DNA of 32,000 nt from Buchnera aphidicola str. APS (Acyrthosiphon pisum) (GTDB lineage Bacteria > Pseudomonadota > Gammaproteobacteria > Enterobacterales > Enterobacteriaceae): positions 480,001-512,000 of the forward strand of contig NC_002528.1 of assembly GCF_000009605.1 (NCBI RefSeq). The letters run 5' to 3'. The notes below the pieces were generated by a model. It ran no database searches, had not been told where the DNA came from, and saw only the letters and a program-made list of their open reading frames with translations. A program made the position numbers and the translations under genes. Shown piece by piece: positions 1-10,010 of the stretch (within the stretch, counting starts at the first letter, position 1; each line of letters begins with the position of its first letter).

Positions 1-137
1 TATTTATAGAATTTTTTAGAGAACCAGATCCACAAATAGGACTATTAAAAAATATAATTACTATGGGACAAATATTATCACTTCCTATGATTATTGCTGG
101 ATTAATTATTATGTATAAATCTTATTATAAAAAATAG
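1..137 (+). CDS. lgt: Prolipoprotein diacylglyceryl transferase, C-terminal fragment (5' end outside window)
   Basis: Open frame from base 3 reads [44 protein letters not shown] and ends TAG at 135-137. This resembles the Lgt C-terminus (FxREPD...MGQxLSLPMI). Position directly upstream of thyA matches the enterobacterial lgt-thyA order. Confidence 0.9.
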   Translation, partial: FIEFFREPDPQIGLLKNIITMGQILSLPMIIAGLIIMYKSYYKK

Positions 138-150
138 ATTCCGAGGAATT

Positions 151-945
151 ATGAAACAATACATCAAATTAATTAAAAAAATCATCAGGGTTGGAAACCA
201 AAAAAAAGATCGCACAGGAACAGGAACTTTATCTATTTTTGGTTATAATATGAAATTTGATTTAAAAAAAGGTTTTCCACTTCTTACTACAAAAAAATGT
301 CATATTGCATCTATCATCTACGAGCTTTTATGGTTTTTAAAAGGAGACACAAACATTTCTTATCTAAATGAAAATAAAATATCAATTTGGAATAATTGGG
401 CAAATGAATCCGGAGATGTTGGTCCAATATACGGAAAACAATGGCGTAATTGGAGTACACCAGAAGGACACGAAATTGATCAAATAAAAAATGTATTAAT
501 ACAATTAAAAAAAAATCCCGATTCCCGTAGAATGTTAGTTTCTAGTTGGAATGTTGGAGATATAGATAAAATGAGATTACCTCCTTGCCATGTTCTATTT
601 CAATTTTATGTATTTAACAATACATTAAGTTGTCAATTGTACCAGCGTTCTTGTGATGTGTTTCTAGGACTACCTTTTAATATAGCTAGTTACTCAATAC
701 TTATACACATGATAGCACAACAATGTGATTTAAAAGTTGGAGATTTTTTGTGGACAGGAGGCGATGTTCACTTATATAATAATCATATAGAATTAGCAAA
801 AAAACAAATACTCAGAATACCTCGAACGCTTCCCAAACTAACCATCCTCAAAAAACCTCAGTCATTATTTCAATATTGTTTCGAAGACTTTAAAATTATT
901 GGATATCATCCTTATCCTGCTATCAAAGGAGAAATATCTATATAA
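151..945 (+). CDS. thyA: Thymidylate synthase
   Basis: 264 aa ORF with catalytic region [11 protein letters not shown]...[27 protein letters not shown] Shine-Dalgarno-like sequence just upstream of the ATG. Confidence 0.98.
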
Positions 946-1011
946 AAAAATAAAAGACTTGTATAAGAGATAATATTTTTTACAAATTAAATTGGATTAA
1001 TTTTTAAGCAT

Positions 1012-2331
1012 ATGAAATATATATATATAAAAACTTGGGGTTGTCAAATGAATGAATATGATTCATCTATGATAATCACTTTATTAGAAAAAAATAATCA
1101 ATACTCACTTACCAAGTCAGCGGAAAATGCTGATATTTTAATATTAAATACTTGCTCTATAAGAGAAAAAGCTCAAGAAAAAGTTTTTCATCAACTAGGT
1201 AGATGGAAAAAAATAAAAAATAATAACCCAAAAGTCATTATTGCTGTAGGGGGTTGTGTAGCTACTCAAGAAGGAAAAGAAATTTTTAAAAGAGCAAATT
1301 ATGTAGATATCATATTTGGGACTCAAACTTTACATAGATTACCAAAAATGATCGATGAAGTAGAAAAAAAACGCAAGTTATCAATTGACATCAGTTTTCC
1401 TAAATTAGAAAAATTTAAATATTTTTTAGCACCTAAAAAAAAAGGATACACGGCAGATATTTCTATTATGGAAGGATGTAATAAATATTGTTCTTTTTGT
1501 GTAGTCCCATATACAAGAGGAAATGAAATTAGTCGTCCATGTGATGATGTATTATTTGAAATATCACTTTTAGCAAAACAAGGAATAAAAGAAATCAACT
1601 TATTGGGACAAAACGTAAATGCATATCAAGGTCCAACCTTTAATGGAAAAGTTTGTTATTTTTCAGAATTAATAAGATTAGTTGCAGAAATAGATGGAAT
1701 CGAGAGAATTCGATTTACTACTAGTAATCCACTTGAATTTACTGATGATATTATTGAAGTATATAAAGACACACCAAAACTAGTAAGTTTTCTTCATCTT
1801 CCTGTTCAAAGTGGTTCTAATAAAATTCTTAATTTAATGAAACGTTCATATACAACAGAAGATTATACATCTATTATTAAAAAACTAACAATTGCCAGAC
1901 CTGATATTCAAATTAGTTCAGATTTTATTGTTGGATTTCCTGGAGAATCTGAAATAGATTTTGAAAAAACTATAGAATTTATAAAAAATATTAATTTTGA
2001 TATGAGTTTTAGTTTTATATACTCTGCTCGACCTGGAACACCGGCCTCTAATATGAATGATGATCTTGATCTAAAAGAAAAAAAAAGACGTTTATATATT
2101 TTACAAGAGCGTATAAATATACAAACAATGCTCTGGAGTAGAAAAATGTTCGGAAGTATACAATCTGTTTTAGTAGAAGGTGTATCTGATAAAAATATCA
2201 TGGACTTATATGGTCGAACAGAAAATAATAGAGTTGTTACTTTTCAAGGTTCATCTAAAATGATTGGACAATTTGTTAACGTAAAGATCAAAAAAGTACA
2301 CACACATTCATTAAAAGGTGAATTATTTTAA
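1012..2331 (+). CDS. miaB: tRNA-2-methylthio-N6-dimethylallyladenosine synthase (radical SAM)
   Basis: 439 aa ORF with N-terminal cluster cysteines ([27 protein letters not shown]) and the radical SAM motif [18 protein letters not shown]. Confidence 0.98.
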   Translation: MKYIYIKTWGCQMNEYDSSMIITLLEKNNQYSLTKSAENADILILNTCSIREKAQEKVFHQLGRWKKIKNNNPKVIIAVGGCVATQEGKEIFKRANYVDIIFGTQTLHRLPKMIDEVEKKRKLSIDISFPKLEKFKYFLAPKKKGYTADISIMEGCNKYCSFCVVPYTRGNEISRPCDDVLFEISLLAKQGIKEINLLGQNVNAYQGPTFNGKVCYFSELIRLVAEIDGIERIRFTTSNPLEFTDDIIEVYKDTPKLVSFLHLPVQSGSNKILNLMKRSYTTEDYTSIIKKLTIARPDIQISSDFIVGFPGESEIDFEKTIEFIKNINFDMSFSFIYSARPGTPASNMNDDLDLKEKKRRLYILQERINIQTMLWSRKMFGSIQSVLVEGVSDKNIMDLYGRTENNRVVTFQGSSKMIGQFVNVKIKKVHTHSLKGELF

Positions 2332-2354
2332 AAGTAATTCATTCAAAAAAAAAT

Positions 2355-2821
2355 TTGAAAAATATTATAATAAACATTCAATATTGTTGTAAAAATAATA
2401 AAAATATACCCAAAAAATTATATTTTAAAAAATGGATACAAAAAATTTTATGTAAAAAAAAAATATAAACATTATAACAATCCGTATTGTAGATGAATGG
2501 GAAATTAAAAAATTAAATTTTAATTATAGAAAAAAAAATAAACCAACAAATATTTTGTCGTTTCCTTTTAATAAATTTATTAAAATCAATTATAAATTAT
2601 TAGGAGATCTAGTACTGTGTAAAAATATAATAGAAAAAGAATCTTTAAAGTATAACAAATCATTGGAATCACATTGGGCTCACATTACAATACATGGAAC
2701 ACTGCATTTATTAGGATATGATCATCAAAACAATAAAGAAGCAGATATTATGGAACGACTTGAAAACAAAATCATGTTGTCTTTAAATTACAAAAAACCA
2801 CATATTTTAAAAAGTTTTTAA
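2355..2821 (+). CDS. ybeY: Endoribonuclease / rRNA maturation factor YbeY, reading frame disrupted near the N-terminus
   Basis: Frame from TTG 2355 reads MKNIIINIQYCCKNNKNIPKKLYFK. From 2432 a different frame reads [46 protein letters not shown]...HITIHGTLHLLGYDH. The two join in register with a YbeY of 155 aa only if one nucleotide is added between them. The ORF track shows only the internal piece from 2555. Confidence 0.85.
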
Positions 2822-2901
2822 TCTTTTATAAAAAATATTTTAACCTAAGTATTTCTACCATAGAATAGTAGAACATATTTTAAAATAGATAATCTAATAC
2901 C

Positions 2902-3777
2902 ATGAGTGATAACCATTTACAAAACTCTGATAAAATAAATAGAAAAGGATTTTTTTCTATTCTATTAAATCAAATTTTTCATGACGAACCTAAAAATAGA
3001 GAAGAATTATTAGTATTAATTCGTGATTCAGAACAAAACGAACTGATTGATCAAGATACTTGCGATATGTTAGAAGGAGTTATGCATATTGCAAAAAAAA
3101 GAATAAAAGAAATCATGATACCAAGAACACAAATGATTACATTAAAATTACATCATAATTTAAACGAATGTCTTGATGTTATTATTGAATCTGCACATTC
3201 ACGTTTTCCAGTGATGAGTAATGATAACAATTATGTTGAAGGTTTTCTAATCGCTAAAGATTTGCTTCCATTTATGAAACAATCAGCAAATATTTTTTGT
3301 ATAAAAAATATATTACGACCGGCCGTTGTAGTTCCAGAAAGTAAACATGTAGATAGGATGTTAAAAGAATTTCGTTCAAAAAGAAATCATATGGCTATCG
3401 TCATAGATGAATTTGGAGCAGTTTCAGGTTTAGTAACTATAGAAGATATACTTGAATTAATTGTTGGAGAAATTGAAGACGAATATGATGATGAAGAAAC
3501 ATTAAATATTAGAAAAATACAAAAATCCACATTTTCTATTAGAGCTCTTACAGAAATAAAAGAATTTAATGAAACGTTTAATACTAATTTCAGTGATGAA
3601 GAAGTAGATACTATAGGAGGATTAGTAATGAAAGAATTTGGTCACCTACCAAGTCGTGGTGAAAGTATTAATATTGATGGTTATTCTTTTAAAATTTCTA
3701 TAGCAGATAGTAGAAAGGTTATACAAATACATGTAACTATTCCAGAAAATAAAACACCTGTTTTAATAGAAGCATAA
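2902..3777 (+). CDS. corC: CBS-domain CorC/YbeX family protein (HlyC/CorC family)
   Basis: 291 aa ORF with RIKEIMIPRTQM, CBS-like repeats (FPVMSNDNNYVEGFLIAKDLLP; MAIVIDEFGAVSGLVTIEDILELIVGEIEDEYD) and a CorC_HlyC C-terminal domain. Located next to ybeY. Confidence 0.93.
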   Translation: MSDNHLQNSDKINRKGFFSILLNQIFHDEPKNREELLVLIRDSEQNELIDQDTCDMLEGVMHIAKKRIKEIMIPRTQMITLKLHHNLNECLDVIIESAHSRFPVMSNDNNYVEGFLIAKDLLPFMKQSANIFCIKNILRPAVVVPESKHVDRMLKEFRSKRNHMAIVIDEFGAVSGLVTIEDILELIVGEIEDEYDDEETLNIRKIQKSTFSIRALTEIKEFNETFNTNFSDEEVDTIGGLVMKEFGHLPSRGESINIDGYSFKISIADSRKVIQIHVTIPENKTPVLIEA

Positions 3778-3880
3778 TGCTGCTTATCTTTATAAATTGA
3801 AAAAATAAAACAATAAAATTATTTTTTTTCATTAACATTGTAAGTTTTACATTTTATAAATATTTCTTTTAGAGAAAAAT

Positions 3881-6460
3881 ATGGAAAAAGAATATTCACC
3901 AAAAAAAATAGAAAATTACGTACAGGAGTTTTGGAAAAAAAACAAAACTTTTGAAGTCAAAGAAGATCCAAAAAAAGAAAAATATTATTGTCTTCCTATG
4001 CTTCCATATCCCTCTGGAAAATTACACATGGGTCATGTTAGAAATTATACTATTAGTGATGTTATTTCTCGATATCAAAGAATGCTAGGAAAAAATGTGC
4101 TGCAACCAATGGGTTGGGATGCTTTCGGTTTACCTGCTGAAGAAGCAGCTATAAGAAATAATACAGATCCCTTTTCTTGGACCCAAAAAAATATAAAATA
4201 CATGAAAAAACAACTCCAATCATTAGGTTTTAGTTATGATTGGAGTCGAGAAATAACTACATGTCATCCAGAATATTATCATTGGGAACAGTGGTTTTTT
4301 ACTAAGCTATATGAAAAAAAATTAGTCTATAAAAAAAATAGTTTAGTCAATTGGTGTTCTTATGATAAAACCGTTTTAGCCAATGAACAAGTTATTGATG
4401 GTTGTTGTTGGAGATGTCAAAATAAAATAAGAATAAAACAAATTCCACAATGGTTTATAAAAATAAGAAATTATGCTGAATCTTTATACCAAGATTTAAA
4501 GAAGTTAACTCACTGGCCTGAAAATGTAAAAAATATGCAGCGAAATTGGATTGGACGAATAAAAGGATTTGAAATCACCCTGAATGTTTTTAATACTTGT
4601 CAAAAATTAAAAGTGTTTACTCAAAGATTGGATCTTTTAATGGGTGTTACATATATTTCAATATCTTCTTGTCATAAATTATCTATAAATTTATCTAAAA
4701 AAAATGAACTTATTAAAAAATTTATAAAAAAATATAGATATATCTCACAAGAAGAACAATATAAAGTTAAATATACAGGAATTAACACAAATCTATTTGT
4801 TGTTCATCCAATTACTAAGAAAACAATACCAATTTGGATTTCAAATGCTACACATATAGAATATGGAACTAATGCAGTCTTATCTATTCCAGGACATAAT
4901 GAAAATGATTGGAATTTTGCAGTTAAAAATAATTTAAAAATAAAATATGTTATTTTTAATCCCGATCATCAAGAACCTAAATTATATACTTCTTTTTTAG
5001 ATATAAAAGGAACATTATTTAATTCTCAAGAATTTAATGGATTGAATCTTAAAGATGGTACTGAAAAAATAAAAAAAATACTGTATAAGAAAAAAATATT
5101 AAAAGAAAAAATTAATTACAAATTACAAGATTGGTGCATATCTAGACAGCGTTATTGGGGAACACCCATTCCAATGGCAAAATTTAAAAATGGTAAAATG
5201 ATACCGATACCAGAAAACCAATTACCTGTAGTTTTACCCAAAATAAGAAAAAATACAAATCTATTACAGCAAGCTATTAATTTTAATTCTAAATGGGCTG
5301 AAATTTTTATTCATGGAAAACATGCTATTAGAGAAATAGATACTTTTGATACATTTATGGAATCATCTTGGTATTATGCAAGATATACTTGTCCAAATTT
5401 TAATACAGGTATGATTGATTCAATAGCATCAAAATATTGGTTACCTGTCGATCAATACATTGGCGGAATAGAACACGCAATAATGCATTTAATGTATTTT
5501 CGATTTTATCATAAATTACTCCGTGATTTTAAATTAGTTGATTTTGATGAACCAGTAAAAAATTTACTATGTCAAGGAATGGTTCTTTCTGAAGCTTTTT
5601 ATAAAATTGATAGTAACTCTCAAAGAAAGTGGTTTAATTCATCATCAGTGTTAATAAAACGTAATACAAAAGGAGAAATTATTGAATCACATACTCAAAA
5701 AGGAGAAAAATTAATTTATGCAGGTATGATTAAAATGTCTAAATCAAAAAATAATGGAATTGAACCAGAATTAATAATTCAACGATATGGAGCAGATACA
5801 ATTCGTTTATTTATTATGTTTTCTGCTCCTGTAGAATCTGATCTAGAATGGAAAGAATCTGGTTTAAAAGGGATATATCGTTTTTTAAAAAAACTCTGGA
5901 TGCTAATATTTAATTATATTGATATAAAAAACACACATAAAAAAATAAATTTTGATTTTTTGAACCATCAACAAAGTGAATTGCGTTATCAATTACACAA
6001 AACAATTGCTAAAGTGTCTGATGATATTGGTCGCCGACAAACATTTAATACTGCCATTTCTGAAATTATGAAGTTAGTTAATCAATTGTCAAAAGCTCCG
6101 ATAAAAGAAGAACAAGATAAATCTATTATGCGAGAATCCTTAATTTGTATCATCAAAATGCTTTATCCATTTACACCACATTTTTGTTTTTTTGTCTGGA
6201 ACTATTTTAATAATCATAGCTCTATTGACAACGAAAAATGGCCTATCTTTCAAAAAGATATTTTATCAAAAAAATATAGTACTATTGTTGCGCAAATTAA
6301 TGGAAAAAAACGATGTGCTACAAAAATATCTGATTCTTTAACTAAAGAAGAAATATTTTTATACATACAAAATCAACCCATAATAAAAAAATATTTAGAG
6401 GATGTTGATATCAAAAAAATAATATATATCCCGAAAAAAATAATAAACTTTGTAACATAA
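3881..6460 (+). CDS. leuS: Leucyl-tRNA synthetase
   Basis: 859 aa ORF with the HIGH-class motif PYPSGKLHMGHVRNY, MGWDAFGLPAEEAA and KMSKS motif KMSKSKNNG. Colinear with E. coli LeuRS, although the CP1 editing site looks degenerate. Confidence 0.98.
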   Translation: MEKEYSPKKIENYVQEFWKKNKTFEVKEDPKKEKYYCLPMLPYPSGKLHMGHVRNYTISDVISRYQRMLGKNVLQPMGWDAFGLPAEEAAIRNNTDPFSWTQKNIKYMKKQLQSLGFSYDWSREITTCHPEYYHWEQWFFTKLYEKKLVYKKNSLVNWCSYDKTVLANEQVIDGCCWRCQNKIRIKQIPQWFIKIRNYAESLYQDLKKLTHWPENVKNMQRNWIGRIKGFEITLNVFNTCQKLKVFTQRLDLLMGVTYISISSCHKLSINLSKKNELIKKFIKKYRYISQEEQYKVKYTGINTNLFVVHPITKKTIPIWISNATHIEYGTNAVLSIPGHNENDWNFAVKNNLKIKYVIFNPDHQEPKLYTSFLDIKGTLFNSQEFNGLNLKDGTEKIKKILYKKKILKEKINYKLQDWCISRQRYWGTPIPMAKFKNGKMIPIPENQLPVVLPKIRKNTNLLQQAINFNSKWAEIFIHGKHAIREIDTFDTFMESSWYYARYTCPNFNTGMIDSIASKYWLPVDQYIGGIEHAIMHLMYFRFYHKLLRDFKLVDFDEPVKNLLCQGMVLSEAFYKIDSNSQRKWFNSSSVLIKRNTKGEIIESHTQKGEKLIYAGMIKMSKSKNNGIEPELIIQRYGADTIRLFIMFSAPVESDLEWKESGLKGIYRFLKKLWMLIFNYIDIKNTHKKINFDFLNHQQSELRYQLHKTIAKVSDDIGRRQTFNTAISEIMKLVNQLSKAPIKEEQDKSIMRESLICIIKMLYPFTPHFCFFVWNYFNNHSSIDNEKWPIFQKDILSKKYSTIVAQINGKKRCATKISDSLTKEEIFLYIQNQPIIKKYLEDVDIKKIIYIPKKIINFVT

Positions 6461-6499
6461 ATTTTTTAAAATACTGATAATAATAACGTTATTACTAAT

Positions 6500-7495
6500 A
6501 TGAAAAATATATATCCAAATGAACTAAAAAAAAGTTTAATGCAAAAATTGCATTATTTTTATATTTTTTTAGGAGAAGATTTTTTTTTATTAGAAAAAAA
6601 TCAAGATATGATATTGAATTTTGCATATAAAAAAGGATTCCTAGAAAAAATTATAATTGATGTAGAAAAAAATCAAGATTGGAAAAAAATTATTTTATTT
6701 TATAAAACTAATAATTTATTTTTTAAAAAAACTACTTTAGTAATCAACTTTCTTATAAAAAAGTTAAATGTTATTTTAATTCAAAATCTTAATAAAATGT
6801 TTTCTTTATTGCATCCAGATATATTAATAATATTAAAATTCAATCATTTATCACGTTTTATTCAAAAAAATAAATCATTAAAAGAATTTAAAAACTACAA
6901 TATAGTTTCTTGTTTTACGCCGTATAATTTAAATTTTATTAATTGGATTAAGTATGAAATACAAGAAAAAAAAATAAATATTGAGGAAAAAGCATTTTTT
7001 TTATTATGTAAATATTATGAAGGTAATACTTTATTTATATATAAAATTTTAGATATGCTATTTATAATATGGCCCGATACATGTATTACAGAAAAAAAAA
7101 TAAAAAAAATTATCATTGAGTTTTTTGATGTTTCTCCATCATATTGGATCAATTCTATATTTCAAGGTAAAACAGAAAAATCCTTTTATATATTAAATAT
7201 TTTTTTTAAAAAAAAATATAATCCTCTTATTTTAGTACGTTCTTTGCAAAAAGATTTGTTACAATTGATTCATATGAAGCGTGAAAAAAAAATAAGTATT
7301 TATGTAATGTTAGAAAAATATAATATTTTTGTAACAAGACGTAAGTTTTTTATCAAGGCATTTAATAAAATTAACAACGATAGTTTATTAAAAGCTATTC
7401 AAATTCTTGTAAAAATAGAAGTAAATATCAAAAAAAAATATAATAATTATGTTTGGAATCAACTACAAGAATTAATTTTAATATTATGTAACTAA
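6500..7495 (+). CDS. holA: DNA polymerase III delta subunit
   Basis: 331 aa diverged ORF starting MKNIYPNELKKSLMQKLHYFYIFLGEDFFLLEKNQD. Located between leuS and nadD, as in enterobacteria. Confidence 0.85.
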   Translation: MKNIYPNELKKSLMQKLHYFYIFLGEDFFLLEKNQDMILNFAYKKGFLEKIIIDVEKNQDWKKIILFYKTNNLFFKKTTLVINFLIKKLNVILIQNLNKMFSLLHPDILIILKFNHLSRFIQKNKSLKEFKNYNIVSCFTPYNLNFINWIKYEIQEKKINIEEKAFFLLCKYYEGNTLFIYKILDMLFIIWPDTCITEKKIKKIIIEFFDVSPSYWINSIFQGKTEKSFYILNIFFKKKYNPLILVRSLQKDLLQLIHMKREKKISIYVMLEKYNIFVTRRKFFIKAFNKINNDSLLKAIQILVKIEVNIKKKYNNYVWNQLQELILILCN

Positions 7496-7517
7496 TATTT
7501 TATATATTAATAAAAAA

Positions 7518-8162
7518 ATGAAAAAATTATGTGCAATTTTTGGTGGAAATTTTGATCCTATTCATTATGGTCATATTAATTTAGCTGAAAAATTAGCAAA
7601 AGATATTTCTATAAAAAAAATAATACTATTACCCAATAACTATCCTCCTCATAGGAACAAAACTCAAACATCCATATCAGATAAAATAAAAATGATCAAA
7701 CTTGCTATTCACAATAATCCTTTATTTGAAATAAGTTATTTAGAAACAAAAAAAAATAATATTTTTTATACTATAGACACACTAAAAAAAATTAGAAAAA
7801 AAATAAGCCATTTAGAACCCTTATGCTTTATAATAGGAGAAGATAACTTACAAACATTTTATCTTTGGAAAAATTGGAGAGAAATATTATTATATTCTCA
7901 TTTATTAATTTATCCTAGAAAACACAAAAAACAAAAAAATGATGAATTAGAAAAATGGATTCATTCGAACACTGTATATGATTGCAATTTGCTACATAAG
8001 CAACCATGTGGTTTGATTTTTTTTTCACACGCACCTTGTATCAATATTTCTTCTAGTAGAATTAGAAAAAATTATTTTTATGGAAAAAATTCTCATTCAC
8101 TCTTACCGTCTATTGTAAATAATTATATTTTATTAAAAAAATTATATTATACTAATCAATAA
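7518..8162 (+). CDS. nadD: Nicotinate-nucleotide adenylyltransferase
   Basis: 214 aa ORF with nucleotidyltransferase motif GGNFDPIHYGHINLAEKL and C-terminal ISSSRIRKNYF. Adjacent to holA. Confidence 0.95.
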   Translation: MKKLCAIFGGNFDPIHYGHINLAEKLAKDISIKKIILLPNNYPPHRNKTQTSISDKIKMIKLAIHNNPLFEISYLETKKNNIFYTIDTLKKIRKKISHLEPLCFIIGEDNLQTFYLWKNWREILLYSHLLIYPRKHKKQKNDELEKWIHSNTVYDCNLLHKQPCGLIFFSHAPCINISSSRIRKNYFYGKNSHSLLPSIVNNYILLKKLYYTNQ

Positions 8163-8222
8163 TACTTTTGATTTTTTATCTCACATAAAAAAAAATCTAT
8201 TTAAAATAGATTCGATAAAAAA

Positions 8223-8453
8223 ATGAAAAAAAACATTATTTTAAATTTAATTGGACTTAGATGCCCAGAACCAATTATGATAATAAGAAAAACTATTCGT
8301 GATATGAAAGATAATGAAAAAATACTAATTTTATCAGATGATCCTGCAACTAAGAGAGATATTCCGAACTTTTGTTATTTTATGGAGCATAAATTATTAA
8401 AAAATGAAATTAAAGTTAAACCTTATCGTTATTTATTAAAAAAAGGATTATAG
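8223..8453 (+). CDS. tusA: Sulfurtransferase TusA family
   Basis: 76 aa ORF: [20 protein letters not shown]...[18 protein letters not shown]...YRYLLKKG. Conserved RCPEP cysteine. Confidence 0.95.
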   Translation: MKKNIILNLIGLRCPEPIMIIRKTIRDMKDNEKILILSDDPATKRDIPNFCYFMEHKLLKNEIKVKPYRYLLKKGL

Positions 8454-8564
8454 GTTTTGATAAAAATATCAAAAACACTTTTTATCATCATCAAATGTTT
8501 AATATATACACTGTATATCTAATATATAGAAATTTTATATATACGAAAATATAGTGTATACATT

Positions 8565-8593
8565 AAAAAATTCTATTACTATTAGTAATAGAA
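8565..8593 (-). terminator. Rho-independent terminator downstream of asd
   Basis: Read on the minus strand: TTCTATTACT-AAT-AGTAATAGAA-TTTTTT. Perfect 10-bp stem, 3-nt loop and six T's, starting 6 nt after the asd stop codon. Confidence 0.85.
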
Positions 8594-8599
8594 AATATT

Positions 8600-9715
8600 T
8601 TATATATTAATCAATATATTCAACATTCTTCTTAAAGGTTCTGCAGCACCCCATAAAAGTTGGTCTCCGACAGTAAAAGCAGATAAATATTTCTTCCCCA
8701 TATTTAATTTTCTTAAACGACCTATTGGTATATTTAATGTACCAGTTACAGAAGATGGAGTTAATTTTAGCAATGTATCTTGTATGCTATTTGGAATTAC
8801 ATCAACCCATTTATTATGATTTCTAATAATTTCTTCAATATCTTCTAAAGAAACATCCTTTTTTAATTTAATAACAAATGATTGACTGTGGCAACGAAGT
8901 GAACCTATTCGTACACATGTACCATCAATTAAAATTGTATCTTTAGTGCCTAAAATTTTGTTAGTTTCAGCCTGTCCTTTCCATTCTTCTCGACTTTGAC
9001 CATTACTCATTTCTGTATCGATCCAAGGTATCAGGCTTGCAGCTAAAGGAACAGAAAAATTTTTTACAGGAAAATTAACACTACGTGATATTTTAGTTAC
9101 TTTATCTTCAATGCTTAGAATTGAATGAGAACCTTTTAATAAGTCTGTTTCAACACTTTTATATAATATCCCCATTTGATTTAATAATTCTATCATATGA
9201 CGCGCACCTGCTCCAGAAGCTGCTTGATAAGTAGATACAGCAATCCATTCAACTAGTTCTGTTTGAAACAAACCTCCTAGAGACATAAGCATTAAACTAA
9301 TAGTACAATTCCCTCCGACAAAAGTTCTAATTCCTTTGTTTATAGAATCTTCTATAACATTATAATTAACTGGATCTAATATAATTACAGAGTCATTTTT
9401 CATACGCAAATTAGAGGCTGCATCTATCCAATAACCTTTCCAACCATTTTTTCTTAAAGTCGGATAAATTTCTTTAGTATAAGAGCCTCCTTGACATGTA
9501 ATTATAATATCCATTTCTTTTAATACATCTATATTATAAGCATTTTCTAAAATATTATATGATATATTATTTATAATGGGACCATCTTGACCAAATTGAG
9601 ATGTTGAAAAAAATACAGGTTTAATTCTTGAAAAATCATTTTCTTCTTGCATACGTTTTAATAAAACTGATCCAACCATTCCACGCCAACCTACTAAACC
9701 AACAATTTTTATCAT
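8600..9715 (-). CDS. asd: Aspartate-semialdehyde dehydrogenase
   Basis: 371 aa ORF: [22 protein letters not shown]...[17 protein letters not shown]...[10 protein letters not shown]. Confidence 0.98.
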   Translation of the reverse strand: MIKIVGLVGWRGMVGSVLLKRMQEENDFSRIKPVFFSTSQFGQDGPIINNISYNILENAYNIDVLKEMDIIITCQGGSYTKEIYPTLRKNGWKGYWIDAASNLRMKNDSVIILDPVNYNVIEDSINKGIRTFVGGNCTISLMLMSLGGLFQTELVEWIAVSTYQAASGAGARHMIELLNQMGILYKSVETDLLKGSHSILSIEDKVTKISRSVNFPVKNFSVPLAASLIPWIDTEMSNGQSREEWKGQAETNKILGTKDTILIDGTCVRIGSLRCHSQSFVIKLKKDVSLEDIEEIIRNHNKWVDVIPNSIQDTLLKLTPSSVTGTLNIPIGRLRKLNMGKKYLSAFTVGDQLLWGAAEPLRRMLNILINI

Positions 9716-10010
9716 AAATCAATACACGGATAATTTACATTAACAATAATTTTATCAAAAGTGATATGTAGTTAAAGTAAAAATTTTTCCGCCTCCTAAA
9801 ATAATCAGTAAAAAATTAATCAATAATCATCAATTTCATATAAGAAAAATATATGCTTTTAAAAATGTAAGGAATTTTTAAGAAAAATATTCAAATAGAA
9901 AATTCTATTTTTAATTTTAATTTTAAATATACTATAAAATTATAATTTTTCATTATAAAAAATATTTTATGTATAAAGATTATCACTTGAAAAGGATATA
10001 ATAGATTAAA

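Noticed and set aside
1323-2201. Minus-strand ORFs 1323-1598 and 1908-2201
   Set aside because: They lie wholly antisense to conserved miaB codons, have no recognisable domain, and are expected by-products of skewed codon usage in an AT-rich gene.
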